From Octopus sinensis (lineage: Eukaryota): a stretch of DNA of 64,000 nucleotides. Below, piece by piece: positions 48,345 to 62,339 of this stretch. Position 1 is the stretch's first letter. Each line of letters starts with the position of its first letter. The position numbers were made by a program, and so were the translations under genes. The notes beneath the pieces were generated by a model. The model was not told the origin of the DNA, made no database searches, and was given only the letters and a program-made list of their open reading frames with translations. The stretch covers positions 47,306,001-47,370,000 of the forward strand of contig NC_042998.1 in the NCBI RefSeq assembly GCF_006345805.1, given 5' to 3'.

Positions 48345-48497
48345 TACATTCTGAGTTCAAATTCCGCCGAGGTCGACTTTGCCTTTTATCCTTTCGGGGT
48401 CGAAAAATTAAGTACTAGTTGAAAGCTGGAGCCGATGTAATAGACACATCCCCTCTCTCAAAATTGCTGCCTTTGTGACAAAATTTGAAACCATTCT
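48345..48497 (+). mobile_element. SINE family A (5'-truncated)
   Basis: ttctgagttcaaattccgccgaggtcgac...aaaatttgaaaccatt. Confidence 0.8.
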
Positions 48498-50904
48498 TAT
48501 TATTCTTGTTGTTATTTAATTCGTTGCTATCGAACTATTGCTTTCGATGGGATGATGTTTATTTTATTAAACGCTGTTGATCCTTACGGTGTTTTATTTA
48601 TATCCCTTTTGAATTTTTCTTTTTGTGATAATTGCAAAATAGTGGATATAGACAAGTTAACAGCATGCTGTGACAGATGGTTTTATTATCTAGTTCATTG
48701 ACCAATGTTCTGTGTTCTAATATGCCAATGTATCCTAATTTAACTTACCAATGCGGTGTCAGAATGAATACCAAGTGGTGTTCTAATTAAAAGACGCCTT
48801 TGATCAAAAATGTTTTACTCTTAATCCCTCTTTTCTCTCTCTTTCTCTCTCTCTCTCTCTCCCAACATTATCCAATGATATTCCAATTAATGTTCAAATT
48901 AACCACCCGTCGAGAGACTTTGTGTTGGGTTACACGTTTGCATCGCACCGTAACTATATTACACTCAACAGCCTTCTAATTTACTTTTATCGCTAAGTAG
49001 TGTTGTGAGTCTTTGATTTAATCCCGCTGGCTTAATAGATGAGGGTGGAGCAATTTTATTTGTATTGTTCGTTTTGAAAGTGTTGGGCGGTACTTGAACT
49101 GGTTCGGGACAAATTGGTAGAAGTTGATGAAATATTAGTCTCAATCATTTGTCATAGCCTCATCAATATTTCTGAATGCATTCATTGCAAAACGCCTTAA
49201 GATTATCAAAAGATACATCCAGAAAATCCTTCTCAGAAAGGAAACATAGCGGAGTTCAGATACCAAAGCATGCAAAATAAGAGAAACAATAAACAGAATA
49301 AAAACAGGGTCAACACCGGAAAAAGCAAATGTATATCATTCAGCAAAATGCAGGTAAAATTCTAAGAACTGAAAAAATTCATCCCCAACCGTGTCTCACT
49401 TACTAGTAATTCATAAAATCTTTTTTTTCTTTTTCGAGCTAACTGACAGCATTACAACGTAGCCCTAAAATTACACCAACATAGCCATTGCCAGACGAGG
49501 CGGAAGGATATAGAAAGGCAAGAACAGACCGAAATCTTCTCAGAGGAGACCGGAAATATAAGTAACAATACTGCAGAATGCTACGACGCCCCAAGGGAGC
49601 AAGAGAGAAAAATAATGTAAATAATGTGCAGAACAGAATAAATCTTTTAGCAAGAAACCAAAGCAGACATTCGTAAAGTCACTACGGATATGATTAAAAG
49701 AGGTAATGTGGAGAGCAAAGCGTAATTTAGGATAGTGACAAAGGAACTTCACTAAGTTTTTTGAAAACAGCGAATGATTTAAAACGGACTGCACAAGAAT
49801 TATGGATTGAGCAACTGTATGAATCTAATCGATATATCCCATGGATAAGCAAATACAAGACGGAATAAGATTACAGATACATTTCACTACACATCTTCCA
49901 CGAGTTGCCACCGCAAGTGAAGTAAGATATGTCCACTAATGCCATGAAGATCTTCTTAGTGACGCCAATGAAGTAACTAGTCAAACCTTTTGCAACCCGT
50001 CTGAAACAAAAAGAGATACAAAAATGAATGGAAGTCCATCAAAGCAATCCTGATTCAAAAAGTCAAATGCGAAAGAGCTTTCCAATGTTAGCTAAAACAG
50101 CTTTCTATATTACTTTTATAAAGCTTTCATCTTTTTCAACATCGATAAAATCAATATGAATCGTTCAAATGTTTTGATATAATTTAAAAGTTAAAATTAT
50201 TCATATGATGATAGTTAGGTATTAACTCGGATCATTTAAGCATTTTTTTTAATTATTCAGTATATGACTTGCGGAAATTTCTTCAGTTGATGTGTTTAGA
50301 ATAAAATGGACCGTGAAATTTACATCGTTGTGTGTTTCCACTTAAATTACCATACTTAACTAGACAACGTTCTTTTGGTTCTAATTTCGAATTTAAGGAT
50401 GTATTTGCGATTCGCATAACGGCCCTTAAATGATCTTTCACACAGTCTTCAGTGTTCGTAAAATGTCTCTCACTCATTCCTATACATCATTATAGGTTAT
50501 GAACTATATTACTATAACATCGTAAATCTGGACCAGGATTAATCGACCAGTTATAGATCGCTACCTTCCCGAAATTTTACCAAATCACAAACTGAGCGAA
50601 GTTGATTGAAAACTCGCAGCACATCGTCATATTCCTGCATTTTTATTCGAATGTACCGGAGCTTTCAGCACAACCGATGATTACCTTTCAGCCCCTCATC
50701 TTTATCTGAGGATTGTATTCGGGAATGAAACTATAAAGAAGGAAATATCATGTGACCTGGGCTAATATACATAAGTTTACTTTAAGTGCTGAATTTCTTC
50801 AATTTTTCCATAAAGATATTTTGTAACAATTAAAACTTGCAAAAATCCCTCAGTAAATACACACACATACTCACACATACGCACACGCACACACACACAC
50901 ACAC

Positions 50905-50943
<39 letters not shown>

Positions 50944-51169
50944 AAGTACGTTTATTTGTGAATTAAGGCTATCATTAGTTTCATGTTAAAAAAATGAGGA
51001 AAATATCTTAAGATCTTCATTTTTCAAGCTGATCTTAAAATTAATAGAAATTCACTTCCCACATTCACACAAATACCACAAGATTTTCAACAAAAACACT
51101 GTTAAAGTTAGCTATAGCTGCTTCCACAATATAGGTTCAGTAAAATTTAATCACAATAAAAAGAAACAC

Positions 51170-51620
51170 ACCTGCGATAGACAATGCAACTGTAGGTCTC
51201 CAAACCGCTGCCCTCTAAACAACAGCTGTCTCAAAAAAGAACTTGTATACAAGGCCAAGATCACGGACCCCTAACAGAGTAGCAAAGTTGTATATCGGAA
51301 TGACGGGCAATTCATCGAAGGAAAGGTACACACATCTGGCGTCATTCAGGTACAAAAATGTTTTTAAAAGCACGCAACATCCCTATCCAATATATGGACA
51401 TTGAAAGAAAGTGGAATAATAAGCCCCATATAAAATGGAATATCATTGCTAAAGCCAGAAAATACAGAGGACGGGGTACCAAATGTGAACTCTCTATCGC
51501 CGAAAAACTAATTATCATAGTCAACAGATAACATTCTAATATTAGGGTTAGAATCTTATCTCTCTGCATACACAAGCAATATTTCACACTTAAACACTTC
51601 AAATGGGAACCACCACCTAC
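51170..51620 (+). pseudogene. Penelope-like element GIY-YIG endonuclease relic
   Basis: Across frameshifts it reads CNCRSPNRCPLNNSCLKKELVYKA...KLYIGMTG..KERY.HLASF...LSNIWTLKE...IKWNII...KCELSIAEKL. Confidence 0.85.
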
Positions 51621-52101
51621 ACTGCTAATCCCACCAGGAAAGCCCTTTCCTGATCGTGGAATTTGAATATACATAACACACGAACTCCACACACAAAAGA
51701 ATTATGTCCCCATGACGAACTACCTCATCACAGGCATACGAACATCCCATACACTTAGAATATAATATATGATAATGCAAACAAACTTACGATCCGACAG
51801 GACTTTGCACCCAAAAGTCAAACCTATGGGAGATAGCCACCTAAAAGAGTTCATCCAAGAGTAGCACCCCTTGATTTATTGCCTTCTTTAAGAAAATGTC
51901 TGCGTTTATCCAAAATGGAGACGAGTACTATTTTTCTATGCTAAGATTGTTAAGATAGTGATAAATTGTTAAGATATTAAAATATTTTGCTATTTTTCTT
52001 AACATGAAACTAATGGTAGCCTTAATTCACAAATAAAGAAATTTTATCCACTAATGCGGTATTGAGCATACATTTTCAATTTTCGACACACACACACACA
52101 T

Positions 52102-52153
<52 letters not shown>

Positions 52154-54413
52154 GGGAATATGTTAACTAAAGTATATGTTTTGAAGTACATATATGTGTA
52201 TATATATATCAATATATAAATATTCACGTTTGTGAATAAATAATTTTTTGAGAATGTATTCCTATATATCTAGAAATTGGTTTGTTATATGTATATACAC
52301 ATGCAATCTAAATATACACACATAACAGAGAATGCTCATACGTGCGTGTATGTGTTTGTGCATGTGTGTGTGTTTGTGTGTGTGAATGTACGTTTCTGTG
52401 TATGCGGATATTTGTGTGTCTGCATACATAGTACATACATTGATGCAGACATGTATTTATTCATGTGTGTTTGTCATATTCTATAAATATGTGTGTGTAT
52501 GTCTATGTACTTGATATGGTCGCCGAAAATTCAAGAGGTATTAAACAAACTAGTGTTTGTTTTCGTCTTTATTTTTGCAAAGAAGAGTCGGGGTCGGTAT
52601 ATTTAACATTTTTAATTTCGGCTTTAAAACATTGAAAAACAAAAATACGAAAAACAAAATAAACATACGAAGTTCCTCTATTAAAGCTTATCACTTCACA
52701 AAACATCCGTCCTGTGTGTCTTACGCTATAAAGGGCTCCGCTCTGTCTGCTGGCACGCGCACTTCATCTATCTCACTGTGCACTTTCTTAACATGATGTG
52801 ACCAAATCGCAGTCAATCTTAATTTCTCTCATCGTGTTTTTCTTTGGTTTCTTTTTTTTTTACTTTTTTATATTTCTTTTTTTTGTTATTTTTGCTTCAT
52901 ATCAAAATTTACTTTATTCTCTTTTTTATTTATACCTTTCTTCTATATTCTTTACAAATGTTGAAATTTGTCTGTTCTATTTATTTTATGCGTCTATTAT
53001 TATTATTATTATTATTATTATATTATTATTATTATTATTATTATGTCTTCGTTGTGTTTTCTTTTTTTTTGTAAATTAATGCTAAAACCTATTTAAAACA
53101 GTAAACTCCTTGTCAATGTATGTCTACATAGAAACTAACTCTTACAGCGGATTATTTGTTTGTTTGTCTTATAAAGATGGCAAAATCATTTTGGCTATCA
53201 ACGCTTTCGCCTGAACAACGTAGGAGTGACATTGTCCAATGACTTATTGAAGAGAAGGGCAAATAATATTAAAGACAGACGAATAACACGTTAAAATTGC
53301 AGAAAATACATCTAACTGACGATGGTTTCATAGCATTCATCATCATCATCATCATCACTTTATTATTTGCTGCCGACTCGTTCAGATGCTTAAAATGTTT
53401 TCTCCGATAATTCTCATTGTTTTACAACTGAGGAAATTAATATACACCTTGGAAGTAGAGAGTGTCTTTGAAAATTTATGAATGTTTAACATGACTTAGT
53501 TTACAAAGTAAATTCTTTTTAATGCATTCATTACCTAAAATATTCTCTCTTTTTTTTTTTGCAGGATTCGCTCCCAAAGAAACTGCTTCGAATGAAGCAA
53601 AGTCAACTGTCAAAGAAATTAATAAACAAAAACAAAAAAAAATATGGATGATGAAAAGATATTGACATTTCAAGTAAAAGGTATATATAACAGCAAGTAT
53701 GATAAAAGTAGCAGCAGCAGCAGCAACAAAAGCACCAGCAAAAATTAAATAACAAGAGACGTACGTACTCCGCCATTTAAAGATATAGCGACAAGAAAAA
53801 AGTTTAGTTATGTAATATTTTACTGAAATAACTAAAGCCTGACTACATTCTGCTCACATTACAGGTGCCAACCTAATACAATACGTCATAAGACATGCAA
53901 AAGAAGATCCCATCTGTATTTTGCCAGGGCTACAAGGTCTTTCTTTGTTCCATCCAAGGAATAGTTAGACAGACTTCGCAAATAATTTAGGGAAAAGCTT
54001 TATTGGACAGAGGCCGAATGGCATTATTAGTGTTAAATGATGAAACCAAAGCGCAAGCCCAAATTGTACCTGACGCAATCGTCCATTCTTCCGTGGCATT
54101 TTGGAAGAAGGAACTCGATAGTCAGAGTCAGGAAAAATAATGAAGTCGTGGACCACTGGTCAGTGGTCAACTTCGTGACAAATTATGGGCTGGCGGCTAC
54201 TGAAAAGCTAACTTTCTGTGATATATGATTGGTTGGAGTCACCATTGGCATACAAGCCCTCTTGAACTACAAGACTGCAAAACAATATCGGAGTTGTGTC
54301 CTGTAGAGGGTACTGAGAAGAAGGTCTTAAAACTCATTATTCGGATTGAAATTTCCAGTTCATGCACATGTCATAGTAAAAGCTGTTTGAGATATGTCTC
54401 TCCAAGTTTAAAA

Positions 54414-54444
<31 letters not shown>

Positions 54445-55599
54445 ATTGCTGTAACGAATCATGAAGATTGATGGTCCTCATGTGGTAACGGACACAACAC
54501 TGAAATATTGGAAAGAAATAGCCAATCCTCATTGCCAGGAGCCAAGACCAAGCAATCTCCTTTCCTAGCCGCATCCGATGGATACAAGGAAAATCTACTT
54601 GAGCAAAAACAAAGACCAGAACTAAGTCGGTAGGAAGCTCTTGCTCGTATCAGTGTCATCCGGTCCACTTCTTGAGAGAGTTAAGATATCTTAAAAGAAT
54701 GGAGGACAACCAGAGGTAGCAAAAGACTGGTAGTCTTGTTTTAAATGAGATCCATGGACTGCGATCGGGAAAACAAAGTGCGAGAAGGATACATCTAACG
54801 AACAGGAAATGCAATGGTCTTCTCGGAAGAAATGCATCAGGTGGTTAAAATCGAAGTGCTGATTGTTTAAGAGATAGGAAATGCAAAGGATCAAACCAAA
54901 AATTTCCTAGAAATCTTCTGTAATATTACTTCATCTATTCAAGTTAAGTGTGCCCTTATTCGCTTTTTATAACGGAGGAGCGCTTCACGGAAGATTTTGG
55001 AATCTCAGTAGTGTCCTATATATATTACGATGCGAAACTGAAGAAGCATCAAGAGTATAGAGGTTATCAAGGTAGCTTGGTGATCTGATCAATGCGACTA
55101 GGCATTTAAAATTATATATCAATATATTTTAATTATTGTCTTTTATTATAGATTTTAAAAATCTTATTGGGTGTAATTTTTCTGTTTTGTTTTACGATTT
55201 TTAAAAGTCTCATTATAAATATTGTATAACGTTTTTCACCTTTCTTGTTTTTGTATAATTTCTATGTCTCACGCCTAACACGTTTTGTGTATGCCCCTGT
55301 TAATATTCTTTGTAATTTACTCTTTCTCTTCGAGTCCTTGTAGCAAATAAAAGAAAGACTATTATTATTAATATTGTGTGTTCTTATTCTTGTTGCTGTA
55401 TTTCTTTGCATTCAAATTTGTTCTTTGCATTTCATTTCCCTGGGGTCGTTAAAATAAATTACCAGTCCGGTGCTGTGGTCAATGGTATCGAACATTATGG
55501 CACCAAAATTAAAAACTAATAGCCTTTCGGGATAAAAAAGAAAAAATATCAGCTAAATATTGATGTCCAGTTTATCGACCAGCCGTGCTCCCTCAAAAT

Positions 55600-56085
55600 T
55601 GTTTGGCAAAATCCTTAACGGTATTTGGTTTGTATTTATGTTCGGAGGTTGATTTTGCTTTTCATCGTATTTGGGGGTCGATAAAATAAGTACCACTCAC
55701 TACTGGGGCCGATCTAATTGACTAGCTCTCTCGTCTACAGTATCAGGCCTTATGCCTACCGTAGAAAAGATAACTATTATGATTACATGGCAGGCGGTGA
55801 ACCGGCGCTGTTAAAAACGTCGAGCAAACCGCGCTTTACGCTCTGTGTTAAAATCCCACGGGAGTTAATTTCGTCTCTCATGCTTTTGAGGTCGATATAA
55901 TAATGCGTCTGTCAAATACTAGGGACAACATTCTGGCCATGTACCCAAATTTTAGAGAATCATATTGTTTTTAATTTTGACACAAGGCAACTAAGTTTGA
56001 GGTAATGGTTATTAGTCGGCTATATCGACCCTCGAAAGGATGAAAAGCAAAACTGATTTGGGTAGGATTTGAAATCAAAACGCAA
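55600..56085. mobile_element. Cluster of three old SINE family A copies (+, +, -)
   Basis: Degenerate matches to gaggtcgactttgc...gtcgataaaataagtacca. Confidence 0.6.
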
Positions 56086-58571
56086 ATAGTTGTAAAAAGC
56101 CCAACACTCTAGAAACAATTCTTATAATAATTAGCATTCTAATTGATAGCGAGGTTGTGACTTAGCAACATTTTTTTGCACTGCTTAACTGCATCTCTTT
56201 ACGTTCTGTCCTCCTTTTATCAGCCTCCGAAGGATGTAAAACAATGCATCAATCGTAACTGTGGTCTGTTCAAAGTGAAAAGGTTTCATATATTTTAAAG
56301 CTGTGAACTAAATACATTTCATAATTTAGATTTGTGCCTCTATGTTCTGATATAAATCATGCAGTTGTGGACTACTTTGCCTAACTTTGATTTCTCACAC
56401 AAATACATTCATAGATAGGTCACGTCTTTGACACTCCAATGTATACCCATAGGGTCTGATCCTAATTGTCCTAAATGTTTATGGCTACATTTAGACTTTT
56501 AGTTTCTTCTTGTTTCATATCTCCTGAGTAATATAAATCTTTCCTTCTATAAGTCCCAAATTACTCTGGTGACTGAAAATGGGAATGCGTATCATATATG
56601 ATGCATAGACGCCTTGGAAATATGTGTATCACATGCGATACACAGGGCAGGTAAAGGGTCAAAGTAACAAGATCGTATTACTTAGTCTTTATTGAAACAC
56701 CTTTCAAAATTATTTACGAGAAGCTTCTAAGATTGTTACATAATTTACAAACTCTACAAACTTTTACATTAAAATTGCCAATTGACAGTGGGAGAATTTG
56801 AAATATCCTCGAGTGTTGAAAAGTCGAAATGACAACAGAAATTACAGTTAATCAATTTAAATTAGATAGAATGCATGGGAGTTTTCAAATGTTTATTGCA
56901 AGAAATTCTGCTTTACGTCCATTAATAATTCGTTGGTTGATACAGTAATTTCTTTGGTAACATTACATCTAGTAACCTCAACATCAATGGTAGCAACAAA
57001 ACAAAAGCGAGTTAAGGTAAGAAGGTTTCTACATAGTTGCTCGAATTTCTAGAAATGGTAGTCGAATCTCTCTCAAGTTACACCCTACTATTTCAAAAGA
57101 AGCAAGACACGTTGGATAATATAGTTTAAGATATGTCGTTTCTGAAGGAAAATGAGGTGGTCACCGCTGAAAAGGTCATAATCACATGGCTACAAGATAA
57201 GAGGACCTGAGACTAAACAACAAGTAGTACAAGTAGTAGCAACAAAAATACTCCAATAATTTGGATTATTCACAAGATTTAAGGAATGTGCAAAGAAAAT
57301 TTCTAGCGGAGTAAGGACATCAGCGAATGATGAGAAAAAAATTCAGAATGTCCTCTGGTTCCATTTAAGAAACAAATAAAGACGTAAAACTTGCAGCTAA
57401 AATATATTTGTATTTTTTCCTTTCTTTTTAAATACTCAAAGACAAATTTCATAATAATTTTTCTATATTTAAGAAATTCCTGTGGATTCAGAATATTTTC
57501 AGTGACGATTCATCATGTGGGTGGTGATGTTGGTAATGATGTTATTTGTTGGGTAGAAAGATGCTGGTGTTGGTGGCTATAGGGGACACTGAACGTTAGT
57601 AGATATGAGAATGGGGTGGAAAGGGATGGAAGAAAATTTAATTCTAGAACCTTGTGCCTTCTGAGGAATGAATTCATATGGCTGCACAAGTTCTTAAACA
57701 GTTAACTTTAACAGCCACTCGTCGTAGTTTCTTCCACTTGACAAGACATCTGCCATCGTTTCATCGCCAACCACCTCAGTATCTATGTGTCACATAATAC
57801 CCTTGAGACTTCTAAATACTCGTGATATTGCTCAAGGGAGCCTCCACCTCACTGATTACGACGATACGGCAAAAGAAAAAGAAAACAGAACAAAGCAAAA
57901 CAGAAACTAAAGACCGTTACCATATAAAAGCAGCACAGATACTATCCCTATTTTAGGGATTAACTAAACAATAAAACAATCTGAAATAGGGGGAGTTGAA
58001 AGAAAACGCCTTGAATAATTTCAAACTTTTAAATCCGAATGTGGATCAGAATAACGACAATATCATATAGTTTATTTGCTCTTGTTTACTTTCTTACTAT
58101 TTCTTCTTTCATTCCTATACTCCCCCACTACAGCACCCCCTTCTTCCTATCTTTCTCTCTCGGTTATTGCATATTCATAATATACAATATTATGATAATC
58201 AAGTACTAAGTTGTATGGTATTTGCTTTGTTTTAATAAGCAAAGAAGCTGAGAGTTGTTAAGAAAATTAAAAGTAAGTCACGTCGGTGAAACATTAGAAA
58301 GTTAAATGGTATATCTATAACACCTCAAGTCTTTCACTTTATTGCATAGCAACCTTCCAAATTATCTTCACGTGCCGAATGCATTCTATAAACTAGTTAG
58401 CTGTGACAAGCACATTTAGTAGGGTTTGATCAAAGTCCTGTTGAAGCTGTCTCCGGTGAATAGACTGTACTCTAAATTACACAAAAATGAAAATATCACT
58501 GACATCTCATTTTAACAGATATATTTACCAAAATTACATAAAAAAATATCTTGAAATACTAAACGCTAAAT

Positions 58572-59174
58572 TTATTCAATAATATCGTCATTGGCTTCAA
58601 CCACGGCCTCCAGACGACTTCGGAATCTCCTGCAACTCTTCTGGACAGTCTCCTTGTTAAGTCGGTAAATACTGTCATAATCTTTGCCTTTTATTACAAG
58701 GAGTTTTGTTGGTCTCTCGCTCGACTGCGACCCACACATAATAATCAAGGGGGTTGCAGTCTGGGAAGTTAGGTGGCCAAATTTTGGGAGTGGTGTCGTC
58801 GCAGCAATTGTCTGACAACCATGGCTGGATTCTCCTGCTTGTGTAGCATAGTGCAGAGTCCTGTTACCAGATATAGGATCTTACAGCAGCCTGCCTCTTC
58901 ACTCAGGGCAGCACTACCACTTCAGACATTTGGTGTAAGCTTCTGTGTTGAGTGTGAGGCCGTGTGGAAAAATAAATAGAAGCGCAACGCCACCATTACT
59001 AGTGATCACTCCAAAAAAATGTTGTTGACTGGGTGTTTGATTTTCATCACTCTCGGTACATGTCCTCAGATTGACACCCAAATCCTCTGAAATGTTTGTA
59101 TTGGAGCTTCCGGCGTGAATGGCAAGCAGTACAGCATGTCTTTTCCAAATATCTGGCTGAGTGAATTGCGTCAT
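58572..59174 (-). pseudogene. DD37D (maT-like) IS630-Tc1-mariner transposase relic, internally deleted
   Basis: W*QDSALCYTS...WPPNFPDCNPLDYYVW has 37 residues between the 2nd and 3rd catalytic D. The N-terminus MTQFTQPDIWKRHAV...ISEDLGVNLRT is joined directly to GVITSNG. Confidence 0.82.
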
Positions 59175-59526
59175 GGTGTTGTTTTAACCCAGATGGTGCC
59201 CAACTGACCCTACTATATTGTATAGTCGATAAAATCCAAACCAAACAATACGCACCCACGAAATTAAAACCATAAAATTGCAACAATTTATCCATCGCAT
59301 TCTGTACATACATACACACACACAAACACACACACACACACACATATATATATACCCACCCACATATATACATATATATATATATGCATACATAGTTATA
59401 TATATATATATACACATATATACATACACACACACGCACACACACGCACATACACACACACGCACATACACGCACAGACTCAAACACACATGCATATATA
59501 TATGTGTGTGTGTGTGTGTGTACATG

Positions 59527-59836
59527 GTTCGGTGGCACCTGCACCAGGACAATGCCTCAGTCTACAATTCCATTCTAGCAGCCAACTACTTGACAAAGAT
59601 GGGCATCAAAACGGTCACGCATTCTCTCTACAGTCCAGACGTTGCTTCTTGTGACATTTGGTTGATCCACAAGCCTAAACAGAATCTCAGGGACACTCAT
59701 TTTGAAGACATTAGATGAAGGAAGTTGTGACAAAGACCGTGGACACCTTCTTTTTAAAGGAATTCGATGGGGATCTCCACAAGCGATATACAACAAATGC
59801 ATTGATTACAGAGGGTCCTACTTTGAAGTAGATTAG
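59527..59836 (+). pseudogene. Mariner transposase C-terminal relic
   Basis: WHLHQDNASVY...HSLYSPDVASCDIWL (a YSPDLAPxD-type motif), ending ...KCIDYRGSYFEVD*. Confidence 0.85.
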
Positions 59837-59935
59837 AAATATGCACATCTTTGAAATTGATGTCTCCTCTGAAAAAAGAAATGCATTGTGTGTTTGAATA
59901 TGTGTTTAGTGTCAGAGTTATATGTTATCTAGCAA

Positions 59936-60349
59936 AGGCGGCGAACTGGCAGAAACGTTAGCACGCTGAGCGAAATGCTCAGCAGTATTTCGTCTGTCGT
60001 TAGGTTGAGTTAAAATTCCGCCGAGGTCGACTTTGCCTTTCATCCTTTCAGGGTCGATTAAATAAGTACCAGTTACGCACTGGGGTCGATACAATCGACT
60101 TAATCCGTGTGTCTGTCCTTGTTCGCCTCCTCAGTGTTTGGCCCCTTGTGGGTAGTAAAGAAATAGGTATTTCGTCTGTCGTTACGTTCTGAGTTCAAAT
60201 TCCGCTGAGGTCGACTTTGCCTTTCATCCAGTCGGGGTCGATAAATAAAGTACCAGTTACGCACTGGAGTCGATGTAATCGACTTAATCCCTTTGTCTGT
60301 CTTTGTTTGTCCCTTCTATGTTTAGCCCCTTGTGGGCAGTAAAGACATA
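59936..60349 (+). mobile_element. SINE family A, dimeric (one head, body duplicated), with a 17-bp target-site duplication
   Basis: Head ggcggcgaactggcagaaacgttagc; body ...ttcaaattccgccgaggtcgactttgcc... present twice. TSD tatatgttatctagcaa at 59919-59935 and 60350-60366. Confidence 0.88.
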
Positions 60350-61052
60350 TATATGTTATCTAGCAACTAAAAACGTACTCCCACACAAACATATACAAAA
60401 ATATTGACATTAATAATTTGTTCGATGATATTTTACATAGAATGGACTAAGTATTTCTTTGCGTTTTTAATGTCGTTGATGTTGATGTAGCTCTTGTTCA
60501 TGACCAGGCTTTCTTTTTGTACATCAGAAATTGCTACCTCCAATTTATCCATTTTTTTTTTTGGCTTTGAAACAGTAGGATGATTTGGTTACATCCTGAT
60601 AGCAGATTCGTCGTTCTTAGAAATATATTTGCACAAGAATGTGTTACCTTAATGGAATTCAAACATTGCAACGTGTGTATTAATAATCAAAGGTAAACTT
60701 AGTAACATACAACGATGTTTTAATTGAGTTTTCTTCTTTAATTATAAAGAGCTAAGACAATGTTATCGCTATCGATAAGAAGTTTACTACTGATTTTTGG
60801 AGAAATAAAATGTCTTTAATTACTAGTATCTACCACTGACTATAAAAGGATCTAGATATTTCTTGCGAAAATAATTTTGTTATAGAAAAATAATCTGCTG
60901 CTGCTGAATTCGTCCCTCATTTCATGAAACGAGACACATCTTGGTAGCTTTTACCTTTATGCACTATCGGATGTAGTAAACTCAGTTTAAATTCCTTATT
61001 CAAAGGCGCCTCACTGTACACACACACACACACACACACACAATTGTATATA

Positions 61053-61126
<74 letters not shown>

Positions 61127-61130
61127 ATGT

Positions 61131-61164
<34 letters not shown>

Positions 61165-61211
61165 ATGTATGTATGTATATCTATCTATGTATGTATCTAT
61201 CTATCTATCTA

Positions 61212-61268
<57 letters not shown>

Positions 61269-62339
61269 ATGTATGTATGTATGTATGTATATGCACGCAC
61301 ACACATAGTGACTCTTGACGCTCCATCCAAAAATTTGACGTACTATTCTTGACAATGTATACAATGTAGTTGAAGCGATCTTTTATAACATTCATCTCTC
61401 TTTGCCCTCTTTCCCCCACCATCTCTCTCACTCATCTTTGACATATGAGCTGATGCAGGTGATAGCCGGAACACGAGTGTGGTTTGTCTTAAAAAGAAAA
61501 CTTTATAAAAGCTAAAGGTTTGACAAATCTAGCATAAAATCTATTGAAATATAAGCCTGAATGAAAGATTTCATATTTAAAAATATGTCAAATCATTCCA
61601 AATACTATACATTGCAAATGAAAAAACATAACACACACACAAAACAATAATATACAGTTTGGTCATCCCTGCTTGACCACGGCTGTAATATGGGCGAAAC
61701 AGTTTGCATAAACGTTGCAAAACGTTTCTCAATACATAATTTAAGAAACACGCTCCTATTACAGAAATTAATGCTATTCTAATGAAATAATATACCATTT
61801 CTAACAACGTCCAGTCCTTGTGGCGTTCTGGTGGTTTGTGTGCCTCGATGTCTCTGAGATCTATACTAGCGGATTACAGGCTCTGCTAGGGCCACTCTTG
61901 CTGGACCGGTCAAAAGATACAGGCCAGACTAATATAAGACATCTCTTCGCAGAGATAAAATGGATTTGAGCAGAGCCAACACTCATATCACGAATGAAGG
62001 AAAGTTACAGAACTCTTGATGAGATTCATAATCACATACCCATCACTGTACATACATTCTTTCATTACTTCAGCTTTTAAGTTTTGTACATATTTATCCC
62101 CTTCCTGAAAGATGAACAATTACCTTCCTTGTCCCCAATTATAAAAATCACCAATTACTTTCCGTTAGATTTTTCTACTTGCTGAATCATTCATTCATAA
62201 ACTTCTTCACTTACAACATGGACTAAATTTTTCAAGAAAATACGAAATTACAATAATTTCTATAATTTCGAAAGAAAGAACAATATTATATGTATTTTTA
62301 TTTTGTATTTTATTTTGTAATTTATTTTGTAATTTTATT

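Noticed and set aside
49450-50050. Purine-rich coding-like tract
   Set aside because: The + frames I translated are broken by stops and I could assign no motif.
50699-50740. CTTTAT-CTGAGGA...GAAAC-TATAAAG hammerhead-like string
   Set aside because: No room for stem III and poor stem II; probably chance or too decayed.
52727-52770. TATAAAG with a downstream initiator-like sequence
   Set aside because: No downstream exon is evident, and such motifs are common in AT-rich DNA.
53928-54145. Exon-like stretch after ttgccag (GYKVFLC...LNDETKAQAQIVPD...)
   Set aside because: It has an in-frame stop and no recognisable family.
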